Below are positions 44,283 through 53,734 of a DNA stretch of 59,428 bases, one piece after another. The notes under the pieces were generated by a model. The model was not told the origin of the DNA, did not search any database, and worked only from the letters and a program-made list of their open reading frames with translations. Position 1 is the stretch's first letter. Each line of letters begins with the position of its first letter. A program made the position numbers and the translations under genes. The DNA is from a virus (Duplodnaviria > Caudoviricetes). The stretch is taken from the IMG/VR virus record IMGVR_UViG_3300025379_000012, positions 1-59,428 of that record. One strand, 5' to 3'.

Positions 44283-45593
44283 ATGGGTCAATTTAAACCA
44301 ATGGTCAAAATGATGACCGATGAGCCCTCAGTTATTCTGAAGCTCAAAAAAGGTGGCAAAGTTCACTCTAAGCATGAGAAACATGAAGAGCATGGTCACA
44401 AGGCTATGCACCACATGGTTCATGAAGAGGCTGAGCACGGCCATTCACCTAAAAAGCCTTCTATGGCACATCGCCGTAAGGCTATGAACCCCAACTTGTA
44501 CAAGAAGGGTGGCAAAGTTGCGCACGAAGAGCACGAGATTCACAAGCTTGAGAAAGAGCTGAAGCATCACGAGCACGAGAAGGCATCTAAGGCACATCAT
44601 GGCCTCAAGAAAGGCGGAAAAGTTCATCAAAAAGCTACTGGTGGCTCTATTGATAACCACATGACCAAGACAACTATCAAGGGTAATGCCAAGAAGTTTA
44701 TGGAAGATTTTGTGGTTGATGGTGATCGTCATGACAAGGCTCATGGTACTAAAGGCATTAAAGAAGGCTCAATCGCTGGATTTAAGCATGGTGGACACAT
44801 GAAGCACCACAAATCAACTGGTGGAGCTATTCCTTCTGATACTCATGAAAAGAAAAACATGGGTAAAAGCAAGATGCACGGCACCATTGAGGGTAACGAG
44901 CATGACTACTTAGAGACTGAAATGCACTCTGCCAAGAAAGACAAAGCTCATGGTACAAAGGGCATTAAGGAAACTAACGCAGGTGGCTTCAAGCACGGTG
45001 GTAAAGCTCATAAGATGCACCACAAGGCAACTGGCGGTGCTATTCCTGCGGCTACTGAGAAGAAGCTCAAGGAAGGCCATATGAAGCACGGTACTGTTGA
45101 AGGCGGCGATTGGGAAGACCGTCCTGCTGATACAGCAATGCCTGGCAAGAAAAATGGTAAGACTGGCCAAGTTAATGAGTCTAATGCTGGTGGTTTCAAG
45201 CATGGAGGCCACGCCGCAAAAAAGCACTACGCCACGGGCGGTAATGTTGTAGATGACGGTAAAGCAGTAAAAATGCCCCGTCACTTCGTCAGCAAACCCG
45301 TGGCTAACAGCTTGCAATCTGGCACCTTTAAAAAGGGTGGGAAGGTACAACATCACCAAGTTGGTGGATTACAGTTTGCGCCTGGTCAAAACATGCGCGA
45401 TGTTTCACCTCAAGATGTTGCTGATGCCAAGCAAAGGATGAAAGATACTGAAAATTACGAAAGATATTCCAAACCCAATCCGGAAGAATATGCAAAGTAT
45501 GAACAGTATATGAAACCAGTTGCTGGAGCAGGAAGAGGATTTGTTAATCCTCCAATGGCCAGAAAACAAGGCGGTAGAGCCAAGAAGTGTTAA
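44283..45593 (+). CDS. His/Lys-rich repetitive protein with about 13 xxGG motifs
   Basis: LKKGGKV, KATGG, FKHGG repeats; HGTKGIKE..AG repeats. Confidence 0.7.
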   Translation: MGQFKPMVKMMTDEPSVILKLKKGGKVHSKHEKHEEHGHKAMHHMVHEEAEHGHSPKKPSMAHRRKAMNPNLYKKGGKVAHEEHEIHKLEKELKHHEHEKASKAHHGLKKGGKVHQKATGGSIDNHMTKTTIKGNAKKFMEDFVVDGDRHDKAHGTKGIKEGSIAGFKHGGHMKHHKSTGGAIPSDTHEKKNMGKSKMHGTIEGNEHDYLETEMHSAKKDKAHGTKGIKETNAGGFKHGGKAHKMHHKATGGAIPAATEKKLKEGHMKHGTVEGGDWEDRPADTAMPGKKNGKTGQVNESNAGGFKHGGHAAKKHYATGGNVVDDGKAVKMPRHFVSKPVANSLQSGTFKKGGKVQHHQVGGLQFAPGQNMRDVSPQDVADAKQRMKDTENYERYSKPNPEEYAKYEQYMKPVAGAGRGFVNPPMARKQGGRAKKC

Positions 45594-45595
45594 AC

Positions 45596-45617
45596 GGTGG
45601 GGGCTTCGGCCCCTACC
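45596..45617 (+). terminator. Stable CUUCGG hairpin (terminator or mRNA stabiliser)
   Basis: GGTGGGGGC-TTCG-GCCCCTACC; no T-tract. Confidence 0.5.
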
Positions 45618-45634
45618 CCATCAATAGGTGAAAT

Positions 45635-48268
45635 ATGTCACAACTATCGGTCTATACAGGTCCAACGTCGAATACCGACAATCAATTACGTCTCCAGCAA
45701 GCTCAGCGTTCAGGTGCTTATGATGCTGTAGACAAAATAAGAGTATCAACGCCTCAATCGCTCATTGATACTGACTTTGAGTATGGCCAACAGCCTACCA
45801 AGTGGGAGCAACTTGCTCTGCAAAACAACCGTCAGTCGTTGTACTACTTACCCAATTCTGCATTACCCGTATCAGCAATTACTGGTAATCAATCAAATAC
45901 CTATCAATTAGTGATTACGTTTGCATCAAACGTGACAATCGCTACAGGTACGCCGTTCTTTATTGAAGATACGATCGACCCAAATGCTCAAGGATGGGCA
46001 TATGTTGTTGCGGGTGTGTCTGCTGGAACATCAATTACTGTTCAAGTAGCTAACCCAGTCACAACAGTAAACAACTATTCCGCGGCAACTACATATTGCT
46101 ACCAGGGCTACACATTCTCTAACTGCGGTATTGCTTTAACAGGTACTACAGCATTTACATTTGTAGGCTCTACAATTACTGTTACCACATCTTTCCCACA
46201 TGGATTGTCTGCAAACTCAGCAATTTACATTACAGGAACAACTGGACCATCTACAGCAACACAAATCAATGGATCACAGACAGTAGCAACTACACCTAGT
46301 GCTACGACATTTACGTTCACTAACGTAAACGGTACACCATCAACAACGATTGCTAATACAGCAGGTCAAACTAACTTGTATGCTCGTCCTTCTGGATGGG
46401 TAGATACACATGCCTACGATGGTTCTGTTAACTTTACAGCAGGTGCATCTGTACCAAATCAACAGTTATTCCGTCAAACACGTCGTTATTTCCGTTACCA
46501 GTCTGGTAAGGGTATCCAGTTCTCAACAGGAACTATCCTTAAGCCACAAATTGCGTTTACGACACTAACTTCATCTGGAACAACAGTTACAGTTACAAGT
46601 AAAGTACCGCACAATTTAACGGTTGGTACGTATGTTCAGGTATCAGGCTTTGATCAGTCTGCGTATAACGGTATCTTTAAAATTGCTAGCGTACCTACAA
46701 CTCTGACATTTACATATACAGCGTTATCAACACCAAGTGCTACTACAGCAACATGTACTGTTCCATCAATACCGCACGTAAGTCCTTATTCATGGTACGG
46801 TTCAAGCAACAAGATTGGTTTCTTTGACAGCCAAAACGGTATTTTCTTCCAATTTGATGGCCAAACACTGTATTGCGTACTGCGTAACAGCGTAAACCAA
46901 ATTACTGGAACCGTTACAGCTACACAGAACAGTTCTTTAGTTACTGGTGCTAATACACAGTTCACAACTCAACTGGTTGTTGGAGATTACATCGTAATCC
47001 GTGGACAAACACACCGTATTACAACGATTACAAGCGATACACAGTTGTACATTACACCTGAGTACCGTGGAGTAACTATTGCAAATGCTTTGGTTTCTCG
47101 TGTTGTTGAGACAAGAGTTCCACAATCTCAGTGGTGGGATGTATGTGATGGATCAAACTCCATCTCTAACCCTTCTGGTTACTTGCTTGACCTTACCAAA
47201 GTCCAAATGTTCTACATGGACTACTCTTGGTACGGTGCAGGTGTGGCTAGATTTGGTTTCCGTGCTACAAATGGTCAAATCATTTATGTATACGGCTTCC
47301 AAAACAACAACGTACAGTACCAAGCTTACATGCGTTCAGGCAATTTGCCATCGCATTATGAGCAAAACACTGTATTGCCACTGACAACAATTACTGCAAG
47401 CGTTGGATCAACCGATACAAGTCTTAACGTACTTAGCACATCGGGCTTTAACCCAGCAGGCGGTACAGCACGTATCATCGGTAACGGCACATCTGGCGTA
47501 ATTGAGTACATCACTTACACAGGATTGACCACTACAACACTTACTGGTTTGACCCGTGGTGTAACTGGAGGCGCCGCCGCAACATCGTTTACATATTCAG
47601 CAACTGCACCAATCGCGGTTGAGTATGCATCTCCTGATACAGCGGCTCAGTTGTCACACTGGGGTTCATCTGTTGTTATGGACGGTGGATTCACTCAAGA
47701 CGTGTCATTGATTTATAACTACGGTATGACTTCAGCCGTATCTACATCTAGCGCGACTGCGGTACCTATCATGGCCATCCGTGTTGCTCCTTCTGTAGAT
47801 AACGGAACAGTTGGTACATTGGGCGTTAAGGAAATTATCAACCGTTTGCAATTGCAAATGCGCGAGATTGCTATGTTGACGACCACAAGTTACCTCGTTC
47901 AGTTTATTTTGAACGGCGTAATTGGTGGAACAAGTGGATTTACTTCTTTTGCATCGCCAACACAAAACGGTACTAATACGACTTCAATCGTTCAAGTGGC
48001 AACGAACACCAATACGGCAACCACCATTACTGGCGGTGAGTCGATTGCGGCATTCTTTACGAATACTGCGGGTCAAACCACTTTAGATTTAACAGCGGTT
48101 GCGCCGTTTGGTAACTGTATTCTTGGTGGTGGTCTGTCAAACACAGTTCCTACAAGCCAAGCCGGTACATATCCAGATGGACCAGATATTTTGTATGTAA
48201 CGGTTAGCCAGATTGGTTCAAACGGTACTGCATTTGCTCGTTTATCTTGGCAAGAAAGTCAGGCTTAA
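45635..48268 (+). CDS. Large beta-rich virion protein (spike/decoration; lectin-like core with inserted modules)
   Basis: RVSTPQSLIDTDFEYG.Q.TKWE, RQTRRYFRYQSGKG, YSWYGAG; repeated TVT...PH.L modules. Confidence 0.55.
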   Translation: MSQLSVYTGPTSNTDNQLRLQQAQRSGAYDAVDKIRVSTPQSLIDTDFEYGQQPTKWEQLALQNNRQSLYYLPNSALPVSAITGNQSNTYQLVITFASNVTIATGTPFFIEDTIDPNAQGWAYVVAGVSAGTSITVQVANPVTTVNNYSAATTYCYQGYTFSNCGIALTGTTAFTFVGSTITVTTSFPHGLSANSAIYITGTTGPSTATQINGSQTVATTPSATTFTFTNVNGTPSTTIANTAGQTNLYARPSGWVDTHAYDGSVNFTAGASVPNQQLFRQTRRYFRYQSGKGIQFSTGTILKPQIAFTTLTSSGTTVTVTSKVPHNLTVGTYVQVSGFDQSAYNGIFKIASVPTTLTFTYTALSTPSATTATCTVPSIPHVSPYSWYGSSNKIGFFDSQNGIFFQFDGQTLYCVLRNSVNQITGTVTATQNSSLVTGANTQFTTQLVVGDYIVIRGQTHRITTITSDTQLYITPEYRGVTIANALVSRVVETRVPQSQWWDVCDGSNSISNPSGYLLDLTKVQMFYMDYSWYGAGVARFGFRATNGQIIYVYGFQNNNVQYQAYMRSGNLPSHYEQNTVLPLTTITASVGSTDTSLNVLSTSGFNPAGGTARIIGNGTSGVIEYITYTGLTTTTLTGLTRGVTGGAAATSFTYSATAPIAVEYASPDTAAQLSHWGSSVVMDGGFTQDVSLIYNYGMTSAVSTSSATAVPIMAIRVAPSVDNGTVGTLGVKEIINRLQLQMREIAMLTTTSYLVQFILNGVIGGTSGFTSFASPTQNGTNTTSIVQVATNTNTATTITGGESIAAFFTNTAGQTTLDLTAVAPFGNCILGGGLSNTVPTSQAGTYPDGPDILYVTVSQIGSNGTAFARLSWQESQA

Positions 48269-48269
48269 T

Positions 48270-48788
48270 ATGCCCTTAACGAAGTCTAAATCAAAGAAAG
48301 CCTTTTCGCATAACGTGGAGGCAGAGATGCACGCAGGCAAGCCACAGCGTCAAGCAGTGGCGATTGCATATGCAGTCCAGCGTAAGGCTAAGAAGGCTAG
48401 TGGGGGTTCGATGAGCCCTCACTCCTATGACAGCGATTGGGACTACCGTCGCGCCATGGGTGAAGATATGGACTCAGACAATCCAGAGACTGAAGAGAAA
48501 GAGTCTTACAAGATCCCACGTAAAGAAGAGAAGAAGATTAACAAGCTTGAAGGCCGTATTGGCCTTGAGAAAAAGGCTTTAGCTTCTGGACGTAAGGAAG
48601 AGGCTAGTAAGCAAAGTGCTCGTATTGGGCGTAATCTAGAGTCAGAAAGAGCTAGAGCAGGCGCTAAGTACGAAGAGTCAGTTGGTAATAAACAGAAAGC
48701 ACAATCCCACCGCAAGGAATGGGAAACTACATTTAAGAAGCCCGCACCCTTCAAAAAGGGCGGAAAAGTAACTCATCCTTGCTGGTGA
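48270..48788 (+). CDS. Basic hypothetical protein with xxGG motifs
   Basis: MPL.KSKSKKAF..NV.AEM.AGKP..QAVAIAY. Confidence 0.65.
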   Translation: MPLTKSKSKKAFSHNVEAEMHAGKPQRQAVAIAYAVQRKAKKASGGSMSPHSYDSDWDYRRAMGEDMDSDNPETEEKESYKIPRKEEKKINKLEGRIGLEKKALASGRKEEASKQSARIGRNLESERARAGAKYEESVGNKQKAQSHRKEWETTFKKPAPFKKGGKVTHPCW

Positions 48789-48792
48789 AATC

Positions 48793-49188
48793 ATGGCCAA
48801 ACCTGGACTTTATGCCAACATCCATAAAAAGCAAGAGCGCATAGCCCATGGCTCTGGCGAACACATGCGCAAGCCTGGTAGTAAGGGCGCGCCAACTGCT
48901 GAAGCTTTCAAAGAGTCAGCTAAAACAGCAAAGATGAAGGACGGCGGTACAAGCTTGGCGGTGGGTAGGGGTGAGAAGCTACCCGTCTCTAAAGGCGCTG
49001 GACTGACAGCTAAAGGAAGAGCCAAGTACAACAGGGAAAACGGTAGCCACTTAAAGGCACCACAACCCCAAGGCGGGGCTCGTAAAGATTCATTTTGTGC
49101 CCGTATGAGTGGAGTTGTAGAACACTCAAAGGGTGACGCTCCAAGAGCAAAGGCTTCATTAAAACGCTGGAATTGCCCAGGTTGGTAA
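48793..49188 (+). CDS. Basic hypothetical protein
   Basis: GLYANIH.K..RI..GSGE.MRKPG; RKDSFCARM. Confidence 0.65.
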   Translation: MAKPGLYANIHKKQERIAHGSGEHMRKPGSKGAPTAEAFKESAKTAKMKDGGTSLAVGRGEKLPVSKGAGLTAKGRAKYNRENGSHLKAPQPQGGARKDSFCARMSGVVEHSKGDAPRAKASLKRWNCPGW

Positions 49189-49197
49189 AGGTAAAAA

Positions 49198-50277
49198 ATG
49201 TCAGGTACAACTAGCGGAACCGTCGGTCAAACAGTAGTCACCGTTCAAAATTTGATTGACAACGGTGCGCGGCGCGCTGGCAAATTAGCTGAAGAGTTAA
49301 CCGTTGAGCAGGTAAATAGTGCAAGACAATCATTGTTCTTTGTACTGAGTAACCTAATCAACCAGGGTATCCAATACTTTGCCGTCAAAAAGCAGGTATA
49401 CGGCCTTCAGCCAGCAAAATTTGAGTACACCCTACCCGATGGTGGTGTAGACGTTTTAAACGCCTTATACCGCCAAATGACTCAGCCTATTGGATCTTAT
49501 AGCTCCAGTTCTGGCGGCAACGTATCTTACTTGGCGGATGACAACGTCAGCACATACGCTCAGCAGACATCGTCTAACGGTTACTTTCAAGTAACTTACG
49601 GCACAAACAACTCACAGTACATTGGTTCAATCGGCATCATGCCTTATGTGGCCAGCTTTGGTACTGCAACATGGAGTTACAGTTTTCAGTCATCCATAGA
49701 CGGAACTAACTGGCAGACTCTGTATACGGCCACAAACGTTACCGTTACCGATGGCCAGTGGATATGGCAGGACATAGATCCAGGGGCGATTGTTCAGTAC
49801 TACCGCATCCAAGCGTCTGGCGGTACAACTTTGGCACTACGTGAGTGGTACTTAGGTGTTAACTCAACTGAGATCACCATGGCGCGATTGAATCGCGATG
49901 ACTACACAAATTTACCCAACAAGAACTTTACGGCCAATCAACCGTTCCAGTTCTGGTTAAACCGCACGATACCCAATGCGACGATAACTTTGTGGCCAAC
50001 TCCACAGAGCGCGTTTTATCAAATGACGGTCTGGTACTCCAGCCAGATACAAGACGTTGGATCTTTGACTAATTCTTTGGCTATTCCAGATCGCTGGTTG
50101 ATGGCCATACAAAACATGCTAGCTCACCAGATGAGCCAGGAGTTGCCTGGTATTGATTTAGCTAGGGTTCAGTATTTAGAAGCTCAAGCTGAAAAATACT
50201 TCATCATGGCTGAACAAGAAGAGCGCGACAAATCGCCGATCTACTTCGCTCCGAACATAGGAGTTTACACACGATGA
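49198..50277 (+). CDS. Head-to-tail connector-like protein with inserted discoidin/F5-8-like domain
   Basis: SAR.SL...L..L.N.G, ITLWPTP, IPDRW; insert with S.DGTNW..L and YYRI. Confidence 0.6.
   Translation: MSGTTSGTVGQTVVTVQNLIDNGARRAGKLAEELTVEQVNSARQSLFFVLSNLINQGIQYFAVKKQVYGLQPAKFEYTLPDGGVDVLNALYRQMTQPIGSYSSSSGGNVSYLADDNVSTYAQQTSSNGYFQVTYGTNNSQYIGSIGIMPYVASFGTATWSYSFQSSIDGTNWQTLYTATNVTVTDGQWIWQDIDPGAIVQYYRIQASGGTTLALREWYLGVNSTEITMARLNRDDYTNLPNKNFTANQPFQFWLNRTIPNATITLWPTPQSAFYQMTVWYSSQIQDVGSLTNSLAIPDRWLMAIQNMLAHQMSQELPGIDLARVQYLEAQAEKYFIMAEQEERDKSPIYFAPNIGVYTR
49883..49897. repeat. Dispersed palindrome copy 8
   Basis: CGCGATTGAATCGCG read directly; different reading frame (R-L-N-R). Confidence 0.95.
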
Positions 50278-50789
50278 CCTCATGTTCTGTTTATTGGATC
50301 AGAGCAGAACATCACTCTGACTTTATGACAGAAGGATACATCGGTGTCGCTCGTGATGCCAACAGGCGTTGGAAGTACGGACATTTTTGGTCGCAAAAAA
50401 ACAATCGCCATGACAATCCCAAGTTTTCAAATGCCATTGCAAAACATGGCTGGGACAATTTGATCAAAGAAATTTTGGTTATTGCGTCCGAAGATTACTG
50501 CTACGAACTTGAGTCCAAAATCAGAGCCTCTGAGGGAATTGGTTGGAACATTGCAATTGGAGGGCATAAGCCGCCCATTAGCAAATCTCGCGGCCCCGAC
50601 TATGTCAGCCCATTAAAAGGAATTCCGCGACCCACCCCTTGGCTTATTGGCAAAAAAAAACCAATGCCGGAAGATTTTTTCAGCAAAGGCGGCAAGGCCG
50701 GAAAAGGACGCAAGCAGACCCCCCAACAAATTGCCAAGCGTGTTGCCGCTCGTCGCGCCACGCTGGCGGCACAAGGTAGGACTGTCTAA
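50274..50789 (+). mobile_element. Free-standing GIY-YIG homing endonuclease-like gene with NUMOD3-like tail
   Basis: SVYWI...GYIGV....RRW..H, LE, GWN...GG, KGRKQT. Confidence 0.7.
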
Positions 50790-51136
50790 TGCCACGCTTC
50801 CTCAACACCGAAGGCAATGCAGTAATTGCAATTTTCATTTGCGACAGATGCAAAATGAAAAGACCGATTGTCGAGCAGATGCCTGATCCCAATTTTCCTG
50901 GCCTGCGTGTATGCCAGCAAAACTGTGCGGATGAGAAAGATCCGTACCGTTTGCCTGCACGCAAGACAGAGCGTATTAATTTAAGATTTCCTAGGCCGGA
51001 TGTTGACGTTGCAGTACAGCCTGATGCGATAATTACAACTGGAAACAACCAGTTAGATTTGTCACCAGAACAAAATACTCAGACACCTCACAACAACGGA
51101 AATCTAGATACTTTGAGTCCATCACCAGGGCAATAA
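50789..51136 (+). CDS. Conserved Zn-finger hypothetical protein
   Basis: ICDRC...VC...C.D..DP..LP....I.LRFPRPD. Confidence 0.7.
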   Translation: MPRFLNTEGNAVIAIFICDRCKMKRPIVEQMPDPNFPGLRVCQQNCADEKDPYRLPARKTERINLRFPRPDVDVAVQPDAIITTGNNQLDLSPEQNTQTPHNNGNLDTLSPSPGQ

Positions 51137-53389
51137 ATGGCAAATATAACCATCACCCAACTCCCACAAGCAGGTGCCATAACTGGATCTGAACTTGTAC
51201 CTATTGTTCAAAACGGCGTAACAGTTCAGACGACGACCGGTAATATTGCAACTCAACCGACGCAAACACAAACGTTTTTGACTGTTGGTCAGCAAAACTC
51301 CCTTGCTAATTCACGTTACTTAGCAACTGGTTCTGGATTGTCTTTGACTGACAACGGAGCCCAGGGAACGCTTCAGATCAATCTGACAGGTGCCGCGCAA
51401 AGCTTAGACACGTCTAGCACAGGCATTCAGGTCAAGACAGACATTAACACGCTTGCATCGATTTCAATCGCTACAGGCACTGGTTTAAGCGTTAGTAATG
51501 CAAACGGTGTATCTGGTAATCCTACGATTAGCCTTGGATCTTTCTTAGCTAACTTCCAATCTTTATCTGCTTCAACTGGATTAGTAGGCGTAACTGGTGG
51601 ATCAATTAATGTGTTGTCTATTGCAGGCACATCCAACCAGACTACGGTAACAAATGCAGATGGATCAACTGGTAATCCAACGATTGCGTTGGCGTCTAAC
51701 CCAGTTATTCCTGGTACAGCGGCCATAACAGTTCCAAAAGGAACAACCGCACAGCGTTCAGGATCTAACGGAGCTTTCCGATACAACACTGATTTAGCGG
51801 TGTTTGAGGGCTATGCAAACGGCGCATGGGGCTCTATTTCGGTAGGTGGTGGTGTTACATCGATAGCAACTGGAACTGGCCTGACAGGCGGTCCTATCAC
51901 TTCTACAGGAACAATTTCATTAGCAAATACAGCGGTATCTGCTGGTAGTTATACAAACGCCAACATTACTGTTAATGCTCAAGGACAGATTACTTCGGCC
52001 TCTAACGGATCTTCAGGAACCGTAACGTCAATTGGTATGGTTGTGCCGTCATTCTTGTCGGTCAGCCCATCATCAATCACAAGTTCTGGCACGTTTACGC
52101 TGAGCCTATCTGGTACGGCTTTACCAATTACAAGCGGCGGTACAGGGGCTACAACGGCCAGTACAGCGTTTAATAACCTATCACCTCTAACAACTGCTGG
52201 AGATCTGCTGTACGGTGGAGCAAGCGGTGCAGGCACAAGACTGGGTATTGGTGGAGCTGGATATATCTTAACTTCGTCTGGCTCAGCACCCCAGTGGACA
52301 CAGAATTTAGGCGTATCAAGCGGTGGTACGGGGCTTACAACGCTTGCAACAGGTGCTTTGGTATACGGCGCCGCAACAAGTGCTTTTGTACCGTTACCGA
52401 TTGGTAGTGCTGGACAAGTCTTAACAGTTAATCCAGGAGGCACAGCTCCTCAGTGGTCTACGTTATCTAGTTCTGCTGTAACGACAATCAGCTTCGGAAC
52501 GACTGGTCTTACACCTTCTAGCGCTACATCTGGCGCGATTACGGTAGCAGGAACATTGGCCGTATCAAATGGCGGTACAGGACTGACTACATTAACCGCA
52601 GGATATATTCCTTACGGCAACGGAACCGGTGCATATGCCTCAAGTTCTGGATTTACTTTTAGCGGTACAGTTTTAACAACACCCGTATTAAGCGTTACAT
52701 CAACTACAAATTCAACACCAAATTTAACATTTAACGCAAGTAATTCAGGATTTACTTCTGGTGCAAACGTAGCAAATAGCTACCTACAGACGGTTATCCA
52801 GAACAAATCAAATACTTCTAATGCTTCAACAAACTACGTCCTGAGTAACGATTTAGGTACGGATTCAAGCTATTACGGTGAGTTTGGTATGAACTCATCT
52901 GGCTACACCGCTAGTGGTACTTTTGCTGATTTTTACTCAATTAATAACGGTATTTATTTCTCTGGTCACGATGGCGACATTACAGTTGGATCTGGTAATG
53001 GATACAAGTTGTATTTTGCATGGGGATCAACAGGAGCTTCTGCCCACGTTATTAACGCATCTGGTGCGATTGGATTATCAACAAATCTAGGCACAAGCGC
53101 GGCAACAACGGGAACAAGTGGATTTGGAACATCTGGTCAAGTATTAACTTCTGCTGGTTCATCTGCTCCTCCAACATGGACATCATTGTCCAGTAGCGCG
53201 GTAACATCCATTAGTTTTGGTACAACGGGTCTTACGCCGTCCACAGGAACAACAGGAGCTGTTACAGTTGCTGGAACACTGGCAGTAGCCAACGGAGGTA
53301 CAGGAGCAACTACAATCTCTGGGGCACAGACAAATCTTCAAGTCGATCCTGCGGGAACTGCGGTTGCGATGTCCATAGCGCTTGGATGA
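51137..53389 (+). CDS. Proximal tail fibre protein
   Basis: ITQLP.A N-terminus, repeated L....GGTG.TT, GQVLT...AP.W fibre motifs; internal duplication SSSAVT.ISFGTTGLTPS. Confidence 0.75.
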   Translation: MANITITQLPQAGAITGSELVPIVQNGVTVQTTTGNIATQPTQTQTFLTVGQQNSLANSRYLATGSGLSLTDNGAQGTLQINLTGAAQSLDTSSTGIQVKTDINTLASISIATGTGLSVSNANGVSGNPTISLGSFLANFQSLSASTGLVGVTGGSINVLSIAGTSNQTTVTNADGSTGNPTIALASNPVIPGTAAITVPKGTTAQRSGSNGAFRYNTDLAVFEGYANGAWGSISVGGGVTSIATGTGLTGGPITSTGTISLANTAVSAGSYTNANITVNAQGQITSASNGSSGTVTSIGMVVPSFLSVSPSSITSSGTFTLSLSGTALPITSGGTGATTASTAFNNLSPLTTAGDLLYGGASGAGTRLGIGGAGYILTSSGSAPQWTQNLGVSSGGTGLTTLATGALVYGAATSAFVPLPIGSAGQVLTVNPGGTAPQWSTLSSSAVTTISFGTTGLTPSSATSGAITVAGTLAVSNGGTGLTTLTAGYIPYGNGTGAYASSSGFTFSGTVLTTPVLSVTSTTNSTPNLTFNASNSGFTSGANVANSYLQTVIQNKSNTSNASTNYVLSNDLGTDSSYYGEFGMNSSGYTASGTFADFYSINNGIYFSGHDGDITVGSGNGYKLYFAWGSTGASAHVINASGAIGLSTNLGTSAATTGTSGFGTSGQVLTSAGSSAPPTWTSLSSSAVTSISFGTTGLTPSTGTTGAVTVAGTLAVANGGTGATTISGAQTNLQVDPAGTAVAMSIALG

Positions 53390-53406
53390 ATAAAAAGGAA
53401 TGAATA

Positions 53407-53733
53407 ATGGCTAATCTGTTTACACGGTACGTCTCAAAGTCAGTAGGAACTACTCCCGTAGTTTTAGTTACTGCCGCATCTGCAACGCAGACCACAGCGA
53501 TTGGACTGACATTGGCTAACACCACATCTAGCCCGATTACAGCAAGCGTATACATCACGGCTTCAGCTACCAACTATTACCTGGTCAATAGTGCGACTAT
53601 CCCAGTAGGTGGATCTTTGGCGCTGTTTGGTGGGGATGGTAAAGTGGTTCTCAACACTGGCGATGCTTTCACCGTTGTCTCTGGAACTGCAAGTTCTATG
53701 GATGCTGTTTTATCCGTTTTACAGATAACCTAA
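53407..53733 (+). CDS. Small fibre-associated structural protein
   Basis: 108-aa beta protein, IPVGGSL, KVVL.TGD. Confidence 0.6.
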   Translation: MANLFTRYVSKSVGTTPVVLVTAASATQTTAIGLTLANTTSSPITASVYITASATNYYLVNSATIPVGGSLALFGGDGKVVLNTGDAFTVVSGTASSMDAVLSVLQIT

Positions 53734-53734
53734 T

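Noticed and set aside
3294-49897. Palindrome as a CRISPR repeat, or as a protein motif (AIESR)
   Set aside because: Copies are mostly kilobases apart with no spacer periodicity; they occur in two frames and in intergenic DNA with invariant nucleotides.
50274-50789. Group I intron around the GIY-YIG ORF
   Set aside because: The flanking genes look complete and overlap the ORF directly, leaving no non-coding sequence for a ribozyme core.
30411-53573. Numerous antisense or alternate-frame ORFs inside terL, portal, MCP and fibre genes
   Set aside because: These are shadow ORFs of long coding genes with no supporting features; only the Rz1-like embedded ORF at 5246 has a lipobox and RBS.
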